Source of the DNA: Candidatus Hadarchaeales archaeon
GTDB lineage: Archaea; Hadarchaeota; Hadarchaeia; Hadarchaeales; Hadarchaeaceae
Direction: 5' to 3'
DNA: 27,965 nucleotides
Assembly: GCA_038872135.1 (NCBI GenBank)
Contig: JAVZGN010000013.1
Location: 1-27,965, forward strand
Below the pieces are notes generated by a model. It made no database searches. It was not told the origin of the DNA and was given only the letters and a program-made list of their open reading frames with translations. Position numbers and translations under genes: made by a program. Below, one piece after another: positions 9,836 to 18,448 of this stretch. The stretch's first letter is position 1; each line of letters starts with the position of its first letter.

Positions 9836-10112
9836 ATGGGTAGCCACGTACATCATCGTCTATGACTTGGGTAAGTCGGATGGAAAGGTGAGGCAAAGGG
9901 TAAACAGAGCTCTGAGGAGGCTGGGGGCCGTGAAGCTCCAACAGTCTGTGTGGGAATCCGACAACCTGGCGGCTCTAAAATTGCTGGCCAAGTGCATAGA
10001 GATGGAAAAGGGCAGGGCAATAGTCCTGAGAAAAGCTGTTGTTCAAGAAGAGGCAGAGACCTCAGAAGAAATCTCTGAAATCATCGGCCTGAACCTTTTC
10101 ACCCGACGCTGA
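9836..10112 (+). pseudogene. Stand-alone Cas2/PaaX-central/ChrB-N fold small protein; one extra G just after the ATG (true frameshift or assembly error)
   Basis: The frame of ORF 9867..10112 extends upstream as VATYIIVYDLGKSDGKVRQRVNRALRRLGAVKLQQSVWE. The ATG at 9836 is out of frame by one base in ATGGGTA. TTTATAAAT lies about 25 nt upstream. Confidence 0.65.
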
Positions 10113-12010
10113 GGCATCTTCCCAAGCTTTTCAAGATCCTCTGCCACATCTGAAAGGGCCAGCTTCTCCAAAAGCTCTGGAGGTAGCCATCCCGTCTCCA
10201 TATCCCATCCCCTCAGCCTGTAATACTCCCTGAGCATGTAGTCAAGCTCTACAACTTGCCCCTTACATGGTCCAGCTGGCGCCGGCTCCTTAAGAAGTCT
10301 TTCTGGAAGGCGATCATCCTTTTTCCCCACCCCCTCTCTGATGTCGAAAGCCCTCTCAAGGTTGAAAATCCTCTCTCCAATTTCCCTCAACTTCATCTCG
10401 GTAAACTGAATTCCCGTCAGAGCCGTCAGCGCTTTTGCATAGTCCTTGAAATAAAAAACAGGTGGCCACACCGCCCCAAACTTGCACGTGACCAAAGAGT
10501 CAACAACCGCGCAGAAGTTCTCCCCCTCAACCACCATCAACGCCTTGTACTTTGGGTTGAGCCTGTCTGCAGCTTCCGGCATTACCTCCTTCCCAAACCT
10601 CTTCTCTATCTCCTCAACAAACCCAACCTCGCTCAACACCTCAAACGATGTCAGGTGGTCCGCTCCACGGTTGGCGGTAGCGTGGGAAAGACCCATTGAC
10701 TTCTGCGCCCTCCCATCTTGAGCCGGCTCATCCATCCCTTTAACAACCATCGTGAATGGTTCTGCGATCTTCCCAAATCTCCGCGCAAATCTTGCGGTGC
10801 CTTCAGCGAGAAGATTTCCGAATCCCTCTCTTTTTGCGATCTTTTCTATGCATTGGATTATTGCATCAGCATTTCCCCATCTTAAATCAATTCCATCAGT
10901 ATCCTCTTTCTTCAGCAGCCCCCTCTGATAGCACTCCATCGCAAACGCAATTACCCCCCCACATGAAATTGTGTCAATCCCATAGATGTTGCACAGCCTG
11001 TTTGCATAAAGAATGGCCTCGAGATCAGAGTTCCCGCATCTTCCCCCTAGAGAAGAAAGGGTTTCATACTCTATCTTTCCCTCGATATTCCACCTTTTGC
11101 CTTTTCCAACATAGGTCTCGCAGTGGAGGGGACAGTTGAAGCATGCCCTCTTCTTCACCATGAACTCTTTAACTATCCTCTCTCCGCCGATTTCTAGTGC
11201 ATGCTCGAAAACACCGCTCTGAAAATTCCTCGTGGGAAAGCGGCCTATTTCATTCATCAGCTCGACTAGGATCGTGGTCCCATATTTCATTGTTGAGGGT
11301 GCAAACTTGTGTGATACCTCCCTCTTCCTTCCCTCCAGTGAAAGCTTGAGGAAAGTTTCTGGATCAGCTGCTTCAGGTCTGAAGTCCCCCCTGACGGCTA
11401 TTGCCTTGAGGTTCTTTGACCCCATGACAGCTCCAAGACCAGTCCTGGCAGCGGCTCTGTAGTCATGCATAATCGCAGCAAATCTCACAAGGTTTTCCCC
11501 CGCCGGCCCGATGGAAGCCACCTTGAATGAACTTCCATGCTTCTCCTTGATTTCCTTCTCTGTCTCTGGCACCGTTTGCCCCCAGAGACTCCCTGCATTC
11601 TCTATTGATGCCTTTCCATTTTCTATCAGAAGGTAGACAGGCCTTTGTGCCCTTCCCCTAATGATTAAACAATCGAAGCCAGAGAACTTCAGTTCTGCGC
11701 CCCAGTGCCCCCCACTGTTTGCCTCACCGTAAAGGCCCGTTAAGGGGGATTTGGCCGCCACCTCATATCTTCCAGAGTGAGGCCAGGAAGTCCCGGTGAT
11801 CGGCCCAACAGCAAAAATCAATACATTTTCCGGCGAAAAGGGGTCTATCCCCGGCCTGACCATGTCGTAAAGGAGCCTCGCGCAAAACCCATTTCCACCT
11901 ATGTAGTTGAGAGCAAGATCTTTTGGAAGCTCTTCTACCAGGGTCTTCTCCCTGCTCAGGTCTACATGCAAAATTTTCCCCGCGTAGCCATAAATTCTCT
12001 CTCTAATCAT
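10043..12010 (-). CDS. aor: Aldehyde:ferredoxin oxidoreductase (tungstopterin AOR family)
   Basis: GYAGKILHVDLS, KSPLTG, IGPAGENLVRFA, GAVMGSKNLKAI, CFNCPLHC, EYETL, GIDTISCG, RGADH and YYRLRGWD. Confidence 0.95.
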   Translation of the reverse strand: MIRERIYGYAGKILHVDLSREKTLVEELPKDLALNYIGGNGFCARLLYDMVRPGIDPFSPENVLIFAVGPITGTSWPHSGRYEVAAKSPLTGLYGEANSGGHWGAELKFSGFDCLIIRGRAQRPVYLLIENGKASIENAGSLWGQTVPETEKEIKEKHGSSFKVASIGPAGENLVRFAAIMHDYRAAARTGLGAVMGSKNLKAIAVRGDFRPEAADPETFLKLSLEGRKREVSHKFAPSTMKYGTTILVELMNEIGRFPTRNFQSGVFEHALEIGGERIVKEFMVKKRACFNCPLHCETYVGKGKRWNIEGKIEYETLSSLGGRCGNSDLEAILYANRLCNIYGIDTISCGGVIAFAMECYQRGLLKKEDTDGIDLRWGNADAIIQCIEKIAKREGFGNLLAEGTARFARRFGKIAEPFTMVVKGMDEPAQDGRAQKSMGLSHATANRGADHLTSFEVLSEVGFVEEIEKRFGKEVMPEAADRLNPKYKALMVVEGENFCAVVDSLVTCKFGAVWPPVFYFKDYAKALTALTGIQFTEMKLREIGERIFNLERAFDIREGVGKKDDRLPERLLKEPAPAGPCKGQVVELDYMLREYYRLRGWDMETGWLPPELLEKLALSDVAEDLEKLGKMPQRRVKRFRPMISEISSEVSASS

Positions 12011-12046
12011 GAAGCAAATTACCTCTGTTCAGGAGAGATTTAAAAA

Positions 12047-12652
12047 TTATCGCGTGAGAGCATTCATCACGATTATGAGGGTGTTGTAGCTGTTATGGGC
12101 GAAAATAGAGCCCCCAAGTCCAGCCCGCAAATAGCACCAGGCAAGAAGAAGAGAGGCGGGAAGGAGGGAGACAGCATATGCGGGATATGTTCCTGGGTTT
12201 GAAAGATGAAAGACAGAGAACGCTACCGAAGAAACTAGCACCGCCAATAGCTTGGATCCCTTTCGCCTCATTATCTCATCGATGAATACCGCTCGGAAAA
12301 TCCACTCCTCGAAAATTGGTAGAAAGTTTGCAGTGAAGAGGATCAAAAATGGTGATATTTCTTCTATTGTCCTGATGGGGTTTTCGGCTGGATTTTCCAG
12401 CTCAACCCCAGCCGTGACCAAAAGATTTGAGAGAAAAAATGTGATGGCGAAAGAAGCTGCAAGAGTAGCCATCCCAGTTGAAAGGAGTCTCACCCAATCC
12501 TTGCGCTTCATTTTCTTCATCGCCCTCTTCCAATATCTGGGCATCAGCCGCCTGAGATGGCGTGGGTTTTCAACGAGGAGCTTTCCGGTGATCACCCCAA
12601 GAATTATCCCAGCAACCAATATTCTGAGAATTGAAAACAACACTGAAAGCAT
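12047..12652 (-). CDS. CPBP (CAAX/Abi) family intramembrane glutamic endopeptidase
   Basis: PIFEEWIFRA, FSVFH and AHNSYN motifs; TM helices. Confidence 0.9.
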   Translation of the reverse strand: MLSVLFSILRILVAGIILGVITGKLLVENPRHLRRLMPRYWKRAMKKMKRKDWVRLLSTGMATLAASFAITFFLSNLLVTAGVELENPAENPIRTIEEISPFLILFTANFLPIFEEWIFRAVFIDEIMRRKGSKLLAVLVSSVAFSVFHLSNPGTYPAYAVSLLPASLLLAWCYLRAGLGGSIFAHNSYNTLIIVMNALTR

Positions 12653-12662
12653 GGCTTTCCCA

Positions 12663-12965
12663 TCATTTCTTCAGTTTTTCCAGAGCCTCGAGGGTACCCT
12701 TTATGCTTGAGAGGAGTTCAATGGTTTTCGCTGGATCTGTTTCCTTCTCCAGCTTTTCCGTGAGCATCTTCAACTTCTGGCGGAGCGTTTTTTCAAGTGC
12801 CAAAAGTTCATTCTCCTCATGGGGCTTTTTTGAACTGCACATCGGGCAAACAACCTTTCCCTCAAACTCAAAAAGGGGGCTCATACATTTCCCGCAGTGA
12901 ATCCCGAGCATTTTTCCCCCGGCCATGAGCAGCTCCGCCGCCTTCTTGGTTTTTTCCTCCTCCAT
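12663..12965 (-). CDS. UPF0148 / Sjogren-scleroderma autoantigen 1 family Zn-finger protein
   Basis: ATG at 12965: MEEEKTKKAAELLMAGGKMLGIHCGKCMSPLFE...VVCPMC plus a coiled coil. The ORF-track extension to 13232 is antisense to the next gene. Confidence 0.88.
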   Translation of the reverse strand: MEEEKTKKAAELLMAGGKMLGIHCGKCMSPLFEFEGKVVCPMCSSKKPHEENELLALEKTLRQKLKMLTEKLEKETDPAKTIELLSSIKGTLEALEKLKK

Positions 12966-13028
12966 CAAATCAAAACTCTTATGAACCACCCACCCTAAAA
13001 GAATTGGGATACATGCGTGGTGGTAGTC

Positions 13029-13283
13029 ATGGAGCTGGAAGAAAAGATAAAGCAGGTTGTGGAGATTACAACGAGGATCAGCGACGATCCAACAATACCA
13101 CGCAATGTCAGGAGGGCTGCGGGGGAGGCTAAGGCCTACCTCCAAAGGAAAGATCAGGACATTGTTTTGAGAGCAGCTTCTGCGAGGATGAGTTTGGAGA
13201 GTGTTAGCGATGACCCAAACATGCCTGTCCATGCAAGAACGCAGATATGGAGTGCCCTCAGCATCCTAGAAACAATCAGATGA
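13029..13283 (+). CDS. UPF0147 family protein
   Basis: ISDDPTIPRNVRRAA...SVSDDPNMPVHARTQIWSALSILE; GTGGTGG upstream of ATG 13029. Confidence 0.93.
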   Translation: MELEEKIKQVVEITTRISDDPTIPRNVRRAAGEAKAYLQRKDQDIVLRAASARMSLESVSDDPNMPVHARTQIWSALSILETIR

Positions 13284-13289
13284 AGAGCT

Positions 13290-13661
13290 ATGCGTGAGGT
13301 TTCCCAGAATCCTGCTGTAGAACAAAATGCCGGAAGCGGGCCAGGAGTAGACATTGGACCATTTCTTACCGCCATCAGGAAGAAAGACTACAAGCGGGCG
13401 AAAGAGTGGCTTGAGGAGAAATCTGCGAAAATTGGCGAGAGTGAATTTCTCAGGGGATATTTCCTAGCTCTGAATGGGATGGTTTCAGCCGCGGAGTCAT
13501 CGAGAGAGCTCTCGGCGATTAAAATCATCCTGGAAAACGGCAGAAAAGAAATGGCTGAGGCCCTCGCCGAAGAATTCCGAAAAAGACTTTCGCGAAAGTT
13601 TATCCCCGAGGATGAGGCCGGCTTCATGACTGCCTGGTTAGACTTTCTTCAGAACCTCTGA
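13290..13661 (+). CDS. Archaeal hypothetical helical protein
   Basis: Co-oriented, 6 nt after UPF0147, fills the gap; GYFLALNGM and GFMTAWLDF segments look conserved. Confidence 0.7.
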   Translation: MREVSQNPAVEQNAGSGPGVDIGPFLTAIRKKDYKRAKEWLEEKSAKIGESEFLRGYFLALNGMVSAAESSRELSAIKIILENGRKEMAEALAEEFRKRLSRKFIPEDEAGFMTAWLDFLQNL

Positions 13662-13663
13662 TC

Positions 13664-14278
13664 TCATTCTATCGTGGCGTGTTTTGCCTTCATCTCTTCC
13701 TCGTTTTTCCCCAGCTTTTTCATCAAAGCAGCCACGATGCTGTCGAGGAAGACCATACTCCCTATTTCAAAGAGAGTTCCCAGGGGCGTCAGGGGAGCAT
13801 ATTCCCCCGCGAGCTCCCTGCTCATAAAAACCTTTGTCTTCGCTATTTTCGTCCTCCCAGGGATCGTCACTATGATTTCCGAGAGCTTTCCAAGTCTGGA
13901 GTTTGGGTAGGAGGTGAGGGCTGCCACCTTTGCGCCAATCTTCTTAGCAATCCTCGCGGACTCAACTATCAGATCCGTTTCGCCAGAGCCGGAGAGGGCC
14001 ACGAGAAGATCTCCAGGTCTTAGGGCGGGGGTAATCGTTTCCCCAATCACATATACCTCTAGGTCCAAGTGCATCAGCCGCATGGCAAATGCTTTTATCA
14101 CCAGCCCAGATCTCCCGGCCCCAACCACAAAAATTCTCTTGGCTTTCATTATAGCATTGCAGAATTCTTCAATTTCTTCTCTCTTTATCTTGCTCGGAAG
14201 TTTGTTGAGAAAATCAAGTATCTCCCTCATCGAAAGCTGCATCTCCTCCATCCTCTCACACTCCAATTTACGAGACAT
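13664..14278 (-). CDS. hxlB: 6-phospho-3-hexuloisomerase (PHI, SIS domain)
   Basis: IFVVGAGRSGLVIKAFAMRLMHL, GETITP, SGSGET, PLGTLFE and HATIE. Confidence 0.95.
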   Translation of the reverse strand: MSRKLECERMEEMQLSMREILDFLNKLPSKIKREEIEEFCNAIMKAKRIFVVGAGRSGLVIKAFAMRLMHLDLEVYVIGETITPALRPGDLLVALSGSGETDLIVESARIAKKIGAKVAALTSYPNSRLGKLSEIIVTIPGRTKIAKTKVFMSRELAGEYAPLTPLGTLFEIGSMVFLDSIVAALMKKLGKNEEEMKAKHATIE

Positions 14279-14289
14279 CTTATAACTAG

Positions 14290-14862
14290 CTACCTGCGGG
14301 CCGGGGCCCTCACAAAAACGCTGTATTTGTCCTCCCCCTTTAGCTCCATCTCTATCCTTTTCACAACCGCCTGCTTTGGATCGTTGAAACCTCTCACCCT
14401 CTTCTCCAAATCCTTAAAATCGGAGAATGGCGCTTTCTCCCTCTCCTCGAGTATTGCCCACATTATCTTTTTGCCCACTCCCGGTATCAGCTCCAGCTGG
14501 TGAAATCTCGTTGTTATCGGCCCGGCTTTGTTGAAGAAATCGACGAACCTTTCTGGGTGCTTATCAACTAGGAGAGAGATGGCCCTCGGTAACTCTGTTT
14601 TTGCTGCAGATGTCAGGTCCTCGTATGCTATCCTCCTCTTCACCCTATCTATCTTCTCCCTCTCTCCCTTGCCAATGAATATCTCATCCAAGACATTGAA
14701 CACCACTCCTTTCAGAGGGATGACTTCCAAGAGGGTGAAAAAGGTGTCACCGAGAACCTGCACTATCGGTTCCTTAAGATGAAGGGGTCTTGGATCGCTC
14801 GGATGCCCTTGGGGAAGAAAATCCAGCACTATCGCTCTGTCCTCATATTTTTTCTCCGCCAG
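14290..14862 (-). CDS. DUF655 family putative RNA-binding protein; probable CTG start at 14862
   Basis: KYEDRAIVLDFLPQGH, FFTLLE, FFNKAGPITTRFHQLELIPGVGKK and PFSDFKDLEKRV; follows rpoF; GAGGAGG 8 nt before the in-frame CTG. Confidence 0.9.
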   Translation of the reverse strand: MAEKKYEDRAIVLDFLPQGHPSDPRPLHLKEPIVQVLGDTFFTLLEVIPLKGVVFNVLDEIFIGKGEREKIDRVKRRIAYEDLTSAAKTELPRAISLLVDKHPERFVDFFNKAGPITTRFHQLELIPGVGKKIMWAILEEREKAPFSDFKDLEKRVRGFNDPKQAVVKRIEMELKGEDKYSVFVRAPARR

Positions 14863-14875
14863 AAATCCATCCTCC

Positions 14876-15211
14876 TCATTTCCTGTACTTGTCGAGAATC
14901 TCCAGGATTTTCTTGAAGTCCTCTTCAGCGATCCCAACTCTTTCCTTGTAAAAAATCATTTCAAGATCTTCTTTTGTTTCAGGCATCAAATCTATGATAG
15001 TGACGATGTGATTTTCGCGCAACTTCCCCAGAGCTACCAGCTCCTCACGAATTTTTCCAGCAGTTTCAGCATCAACCTTTGCAAACTTCTGGGCATAGTC
15101 ATAGGAAAGCCGCTGGCCATAGTCCATTTCCTGCTTTTTCTGCGACTCCAGAATCTTCTTAACCTCCGCTAGGGTGACCGGCCTCTCCTCAATGACCCTC
15201 TTGCCTATCAC
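14876..15211 (-). CDS. rpoF: DNA-directed RNA polymerase subunit F (Rpo4)
   Basis: MIGKRVIEERPVTLAEVKKIL...YAQKFAK...IIDLMPETKEDL; rpl21e-rpoF-DUF655 order. Confidence 0.93.
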   Translation of the reverse strand: MIGKRVIEERPVTLAEVKKILESQKKQEMDYGQRLSYDYAQKFAKVDAETAGKIREELVALGKLRENHIVTIIDLMPETKEDLEMIFYKERVGIAEEDFKKILEILDKYRK

Positions 15212-15505
15212 CTACCTCACCATCCTAAGATGCTCCGGGGCACAAATAATACTTTTCCTTTTGCCACCATCCTTAATCTCAACGAGAAAAGCCCTGCCGA
15301 CCATCCCCTGAACCACCCCCGTCCTTCCATGATATCTGTGGTGGGGCTGCCCTTTTAGGACGCTCGGGTTTATTACTATCGCCACGCGCCTCCCAGGAGA
15401 GATTTCCTGAACCGCCATTGTAACGGGAGGTGGGCCGCGCTCGCGGGGGTGCTTTGTGAATTTGCCTCTCCCTTTCCCTCTCAAACCTCTAGATCTCTTC
15501 GCCAT
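15212..15505 (-). CDS. rpl21e: 50S ribosomal protein L21e
   Basis: SRGLR, INPSVLKGQPHHRYHGRTGVV and GGKRKSIICAPEHL. Confidence 0.96.
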   Translation of the reverse strand: MAKRSRGLRGKGRGKFTKHPRERGPPPVTMAVQEISPGRRVAIVINPSVLKGQPHHRYHGRTGVVQGMVGRAFLVEIKDGGKRKSIICAPEHLRMVR

Positions 15506-15634
15506 ACAACTAAACTTTGCATCGTAGCTATTTTAATTCTTTGCAACTGCTGGAAGCGTGGCTGGGCACCATTTACGAAAATTCCTACACGCAGGCACCT
15601 GCCAACAATTAAACAGGAAGATGTTGAATGATTT

Positions 15635-16558
15635 ATGATGGCGGAAGAAATCATGGCAACAACCATCTCCTCCAAACTCCTTGAGACTCTGGCGAGAGCT
15701 TCTCGGGGAGAGGTCCACAGCGTCTTTGAAAGGACATTTAACATTTTGATCGGGGGGTCTCTGATTGGAGTTGGGAGAAGGGACGTTTCCCCCGGACCAT
15801 TCAACCTCATCGTGAATCTCCCTTCAGGTAAAACCATGAAAGAGCTGGGGATTAAAAGGGGCATGCCAGTCGTTGTTGAAAATTGTGAGATAAAGATCGG
15901 AGATCTCATTATCATTAACACCTCTGGAGCCAGGATATGGAGACCAAGGACGAGGACAGAAGCCAAACCTGTTAGAGAAATTGAGAGGAATTGGAAGGTT
16001 GGGGAAGAAGTTGCCATCTCAGAAGGGGCGGGAAAGGGCTTTGGAGCTCTCATTCCATTCATTGAAAAAATCATGGATGGAGATGATGCCCCCGGAATAA
16101 AGGGGATTGAAAAAATCGCCTACCAGCGCCTCTCTGCTCTTGTTGGGGCTGTCCTGAGGAGGGATGTAAATGAGCTGGCAGAGCAGGCAAAGAGGCTCAT
16201 CGGTCTCGGTGGCGGGCTCACCCCATCGGGCGACGATGCCCTTTCAGGTTTCATGGCGGCCCTCTGGTGGCTCAGCAGCTCCCTGGATGTTGCCGTGGAT
16301 GATGTCAAGAGGATCAACAATGCAATAGCGACACAGGCCCAGCAGACAATGCTACTGAGCAGACAGATTTTATACCATGCTTCAAGGGGGGAAGTTTCCG
16401 AGAGGGTTGAGAGACTTCTGAACGCATTGCTCGCCGGAGATGCCGATGATGTGGAGAGGGAGGTGAAGGAGGTGATAAAAATCGGGGAGACATCCGGGGC
16501 GGACATGCTCCTAGGAATTCTTCTTGGGACGAAAGTTGGGCTAAGAATGATTAGGTAA
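15635..16558 (+). CDS. DUF2877 (YahE/YlbF/AllH-like) protein
   Basis: GEVHSVFERTFN, LIGLGGGLTPSGDDALSG and IGETSGADMLLG. Confidence 0.85.
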   Translation: MMAEEIMATTISSKLLETLARASRGEVHSVFERTFNILIGGSLIGVGRRDVSPGPFNLIVNLPSGKTMKELGIKRGMPVVVENCEIKIGDLIIINTSGARIWRPRTRTEAKPVREIERNWKVGEEVAISEGAGKGFGALIPFIEKIMDGDDAPGIKGIEKIAYQRLSALVGAVLRRDVNELAEQAKRLIGLGGGLTPSGDDALSGFMAALWWLSSSLDVAVDDVKRINNAIATQAQQTMLLSRQILYHASRGEVSERVERLLNALLAGDADDVEREVKEVIKIGETSGADMLLGILLGTKVGLRMIR

Positions 16559-16567
16559 GGGAGACTA

Positions 16568-17356
16568 CTACTCCTCCGCCTTCTTCAAGAAGATTCCCTC
16601 TGGGTCGACTTTCTCACGCAAAATCTTTATCTCAAATTCTGTCGGCGGCTCGGTTTCAACGGCGCGGGAGACATCAAGCTCAAAACCTGTGTTTTCCTGA
16701 ACCTGCCCTGGGGTAACCCCTGGATGATAGGAGGCGAGATATGCCCTCTTTGTCTTCTCGTCAAATCTCAGGACACCCAGGGTTGTTATAACAGCAGAGG
16801 GGCCGCCCCATGGAAGCCCAGCCTTTTTCCTCCCCTCCGGCCCATCTATCCATCCTGGGCTTGTAATGTAATCCACCCTTTCTGGAAATCTCCTCTTCTC
16901 ATGAACGGCGATGATGATCGTTCTCTTGGAGAGGCAGGCGATATCCCCTGAACCTCCGCTTCCGGGGAACCTCACCTTCGGCCTGTGGTAGTCCCCTATG
17001 CAGGTTGCATTGATGTTCCCATATGCATCGACTTGGGCGCCACCGAGGAAGCCAACATCTATGAAACCTCTCTGAAGGATTGTGGAAAAGACATCAAAAA
17101 GACCTGTGGCGGTTGAAGCAAATCGCATTGTTCTCGGATCCCCAACTGACATCGGCAGATGAGCCAGCTTGCAGTCAACGGCTCCGGCCTCAAAGACTAT
17201 AACGCAGTTTGGGGCGTGAGTGTGCTGGGCAAGCATTGCCCCGAGCATCGGCAGCCCAGTTCCTGCAAAAACTATTTCTCCATCCTTTATCTCCCTCGCA
17301 GCTGCGACCGCCATCAGTTCCATCAGGGTGTAGTCCTTGGCATATTTCTTTTCCAA
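16568..17356 (-). CDS. Family I CoA-transferase subunit B (GctB-like)
   Basis: FAGTGLP, IVFEAG (catalytic Glu), GFLGGAQVDAYGNIN, GSGGSGD, VDYITSPG and YHPGVT; TTG start with GAGGAGGTGA RBS. Confidence 0.92.
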   Translation of the reverse strand: MEKKYAKDYTLMELMAVAAAREIKDGEIVFAGTGLPMLGAMLAQHTHAPNCVIVFEAGAVDCKLAHLPMSVGDPRTMRFASTATGLFDVFSTILQRGFIDVGFLGGAQVDAYGNINATCIGDYHRPKVRFPGSGGSGDIACLSKRTIIIAVHEKRRFPERVDYITSPGWIDGPEGRKKAGLPWGGPSAVITTLGVLRFDEKTKRAYLASYHPGVTPGQVQENTGFELDVSRAVETEPPTEFEIKILREKVDPEGIFLKKAEE

Positions 17357-17360
17357 GGAT

Positions 17361-18323
17361 TCACCTCCTCTTCAGGGTGGGGGCGTAGCCAAGCTTCTTG
17401 TCTGCCTTGAGCTTCCTCAGCTTTTCGTCTCCCCCAACTTTCCTCAGATATTCACCCCAGTCGCTCACGCTGTAAATGTATTCTTCCAAGAATTTGTGGA
17501 AAGATTCATCATCCCTTGCGACTGTGTGATACATGCGCAGGAACTCTGGGTCGTAGTCGTAGTAGCGGTAGCAAGCGTAGGGGTGGGCACCGTAGGGAAC
17601 TCTTACTATAGCATTCACCCGGAAAAATGGAATACAGTTATGCTCAGGGAAATCTCTTATTTCCTCCGGCTGTACTATTTCCTCGCAGGTGACAATCACC
17701 TTTTTCGCTGCTTTGGCCATCTGTTCATCTCCAAAATTCTGCCCGTAAATTCTGACCGTCCCCTGAACGTCGACTATCTGGGCGTGAATTATCGTCACAT
17801 CTGGCTGGAGGGCTGGGAGGAGAACAACCTTTTCCCCGGTGAAAGGGCAGATCATCTCAACAAACTTTTTCTTCGCGACCTTTGGATCTTTTCTCGTTTC
17901 CGGGCTGAACCCCTCCTTCCTGAGCATGTCGGAGCCAAGCATTGTTTTGGTTGGGATAAAGGGGATTCCCATCGCACCGGCGGCAAATCTCTGAACCATT
18001 CCAAAATTGCTGTAGTCCTCCCACTCTATCTCTCCCCTCTGGACGGCCAGCCTGAACCTCGGCCCGATCCTGGCAAACGCCTCATCTGCCTCATACGCGA
18101 GCTCAACTCTTTTAACGCAACCAGCCCCAATCAAAAGATCCCAATCACCTCCGGGGGAATGGCCAACGAGATGCAGATTTCTCTTTTTCTGCCGGATAAG
18201 CTCGTGAACAAATGCCATCGGGTGGCGCTGGGTGGTAAAACCTCCAATGGCAACCATTGCCCCATCGGGAACCATCTTCACGGCGTCACGCAGGGTCGTT
18301 ATCTTGCTTTCAGCCTCGCCCAT
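17361..18323 (-). CDS. Family I CoA-transferase subunit A (GctA-like)
   Basis: IGGFTTQRHPMAFVHELIRQ, AAGAMGIPF, CPFTGEKVVLLPAL and PYGAHPYACYRYYDYD. Confidence 0.92.
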   Translation of the reverse strand: MGEAESKITTLRDAVKMVPDGAMVAIGGFTTQRHPMAFVHELIRQKKRNLHLVGHSPGGDWDLLIGAGCVKRVELAYEADEAFARIGPRFRLAVQRGEIEWEDYSNFGMVQRFAAGAMGIPFIPTKTMLGSDMLRKEGFSPETRKDPKVAKKKFVEMICPFTGEKVVLLPALQPDVTIIHAQIVDVQGTVRIYGQNFGDEQMAKAAKKVIVTCEEIVQPEEIRDFPEHNCIPFFRVNAIVRVPYGAHPYACYRYYDYDPEFLRMYHTVARDDESFHKFLEEYIYSVSDWGEYLRKVGGDEKLRKLKADKKLGYAPTLKRR

Positions 18324-18448
18324 CCAATCAATATTTTTAACCGATATAAAAAAGATGAGCAGTCACGGCTCACAATGAGGTCTAGCAATAGAAGCCGTCC
18401 AGAGTTCTGGCCATTCGGTGCACTGGCGAAGACTGATGCTCCCCGCCA

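Noticed and set aside
9836..10112. CRISPR-Cas locus
   Set aside because: No repeat-spacer array, cas1 or other cas genes in the window
12966..13232. N-terminal extension of the UPF0148 ORF
   Set aside because: Antisense to the well-conserved UPF0147 gene
18324..18448. Possible small RNA (TGAGC/GCTCA hairpin, CTGA) between the CoA-transferase and MazG-like genes
   Set aside because: No proper C box or C/D spacing, and the stem is only 5 bp
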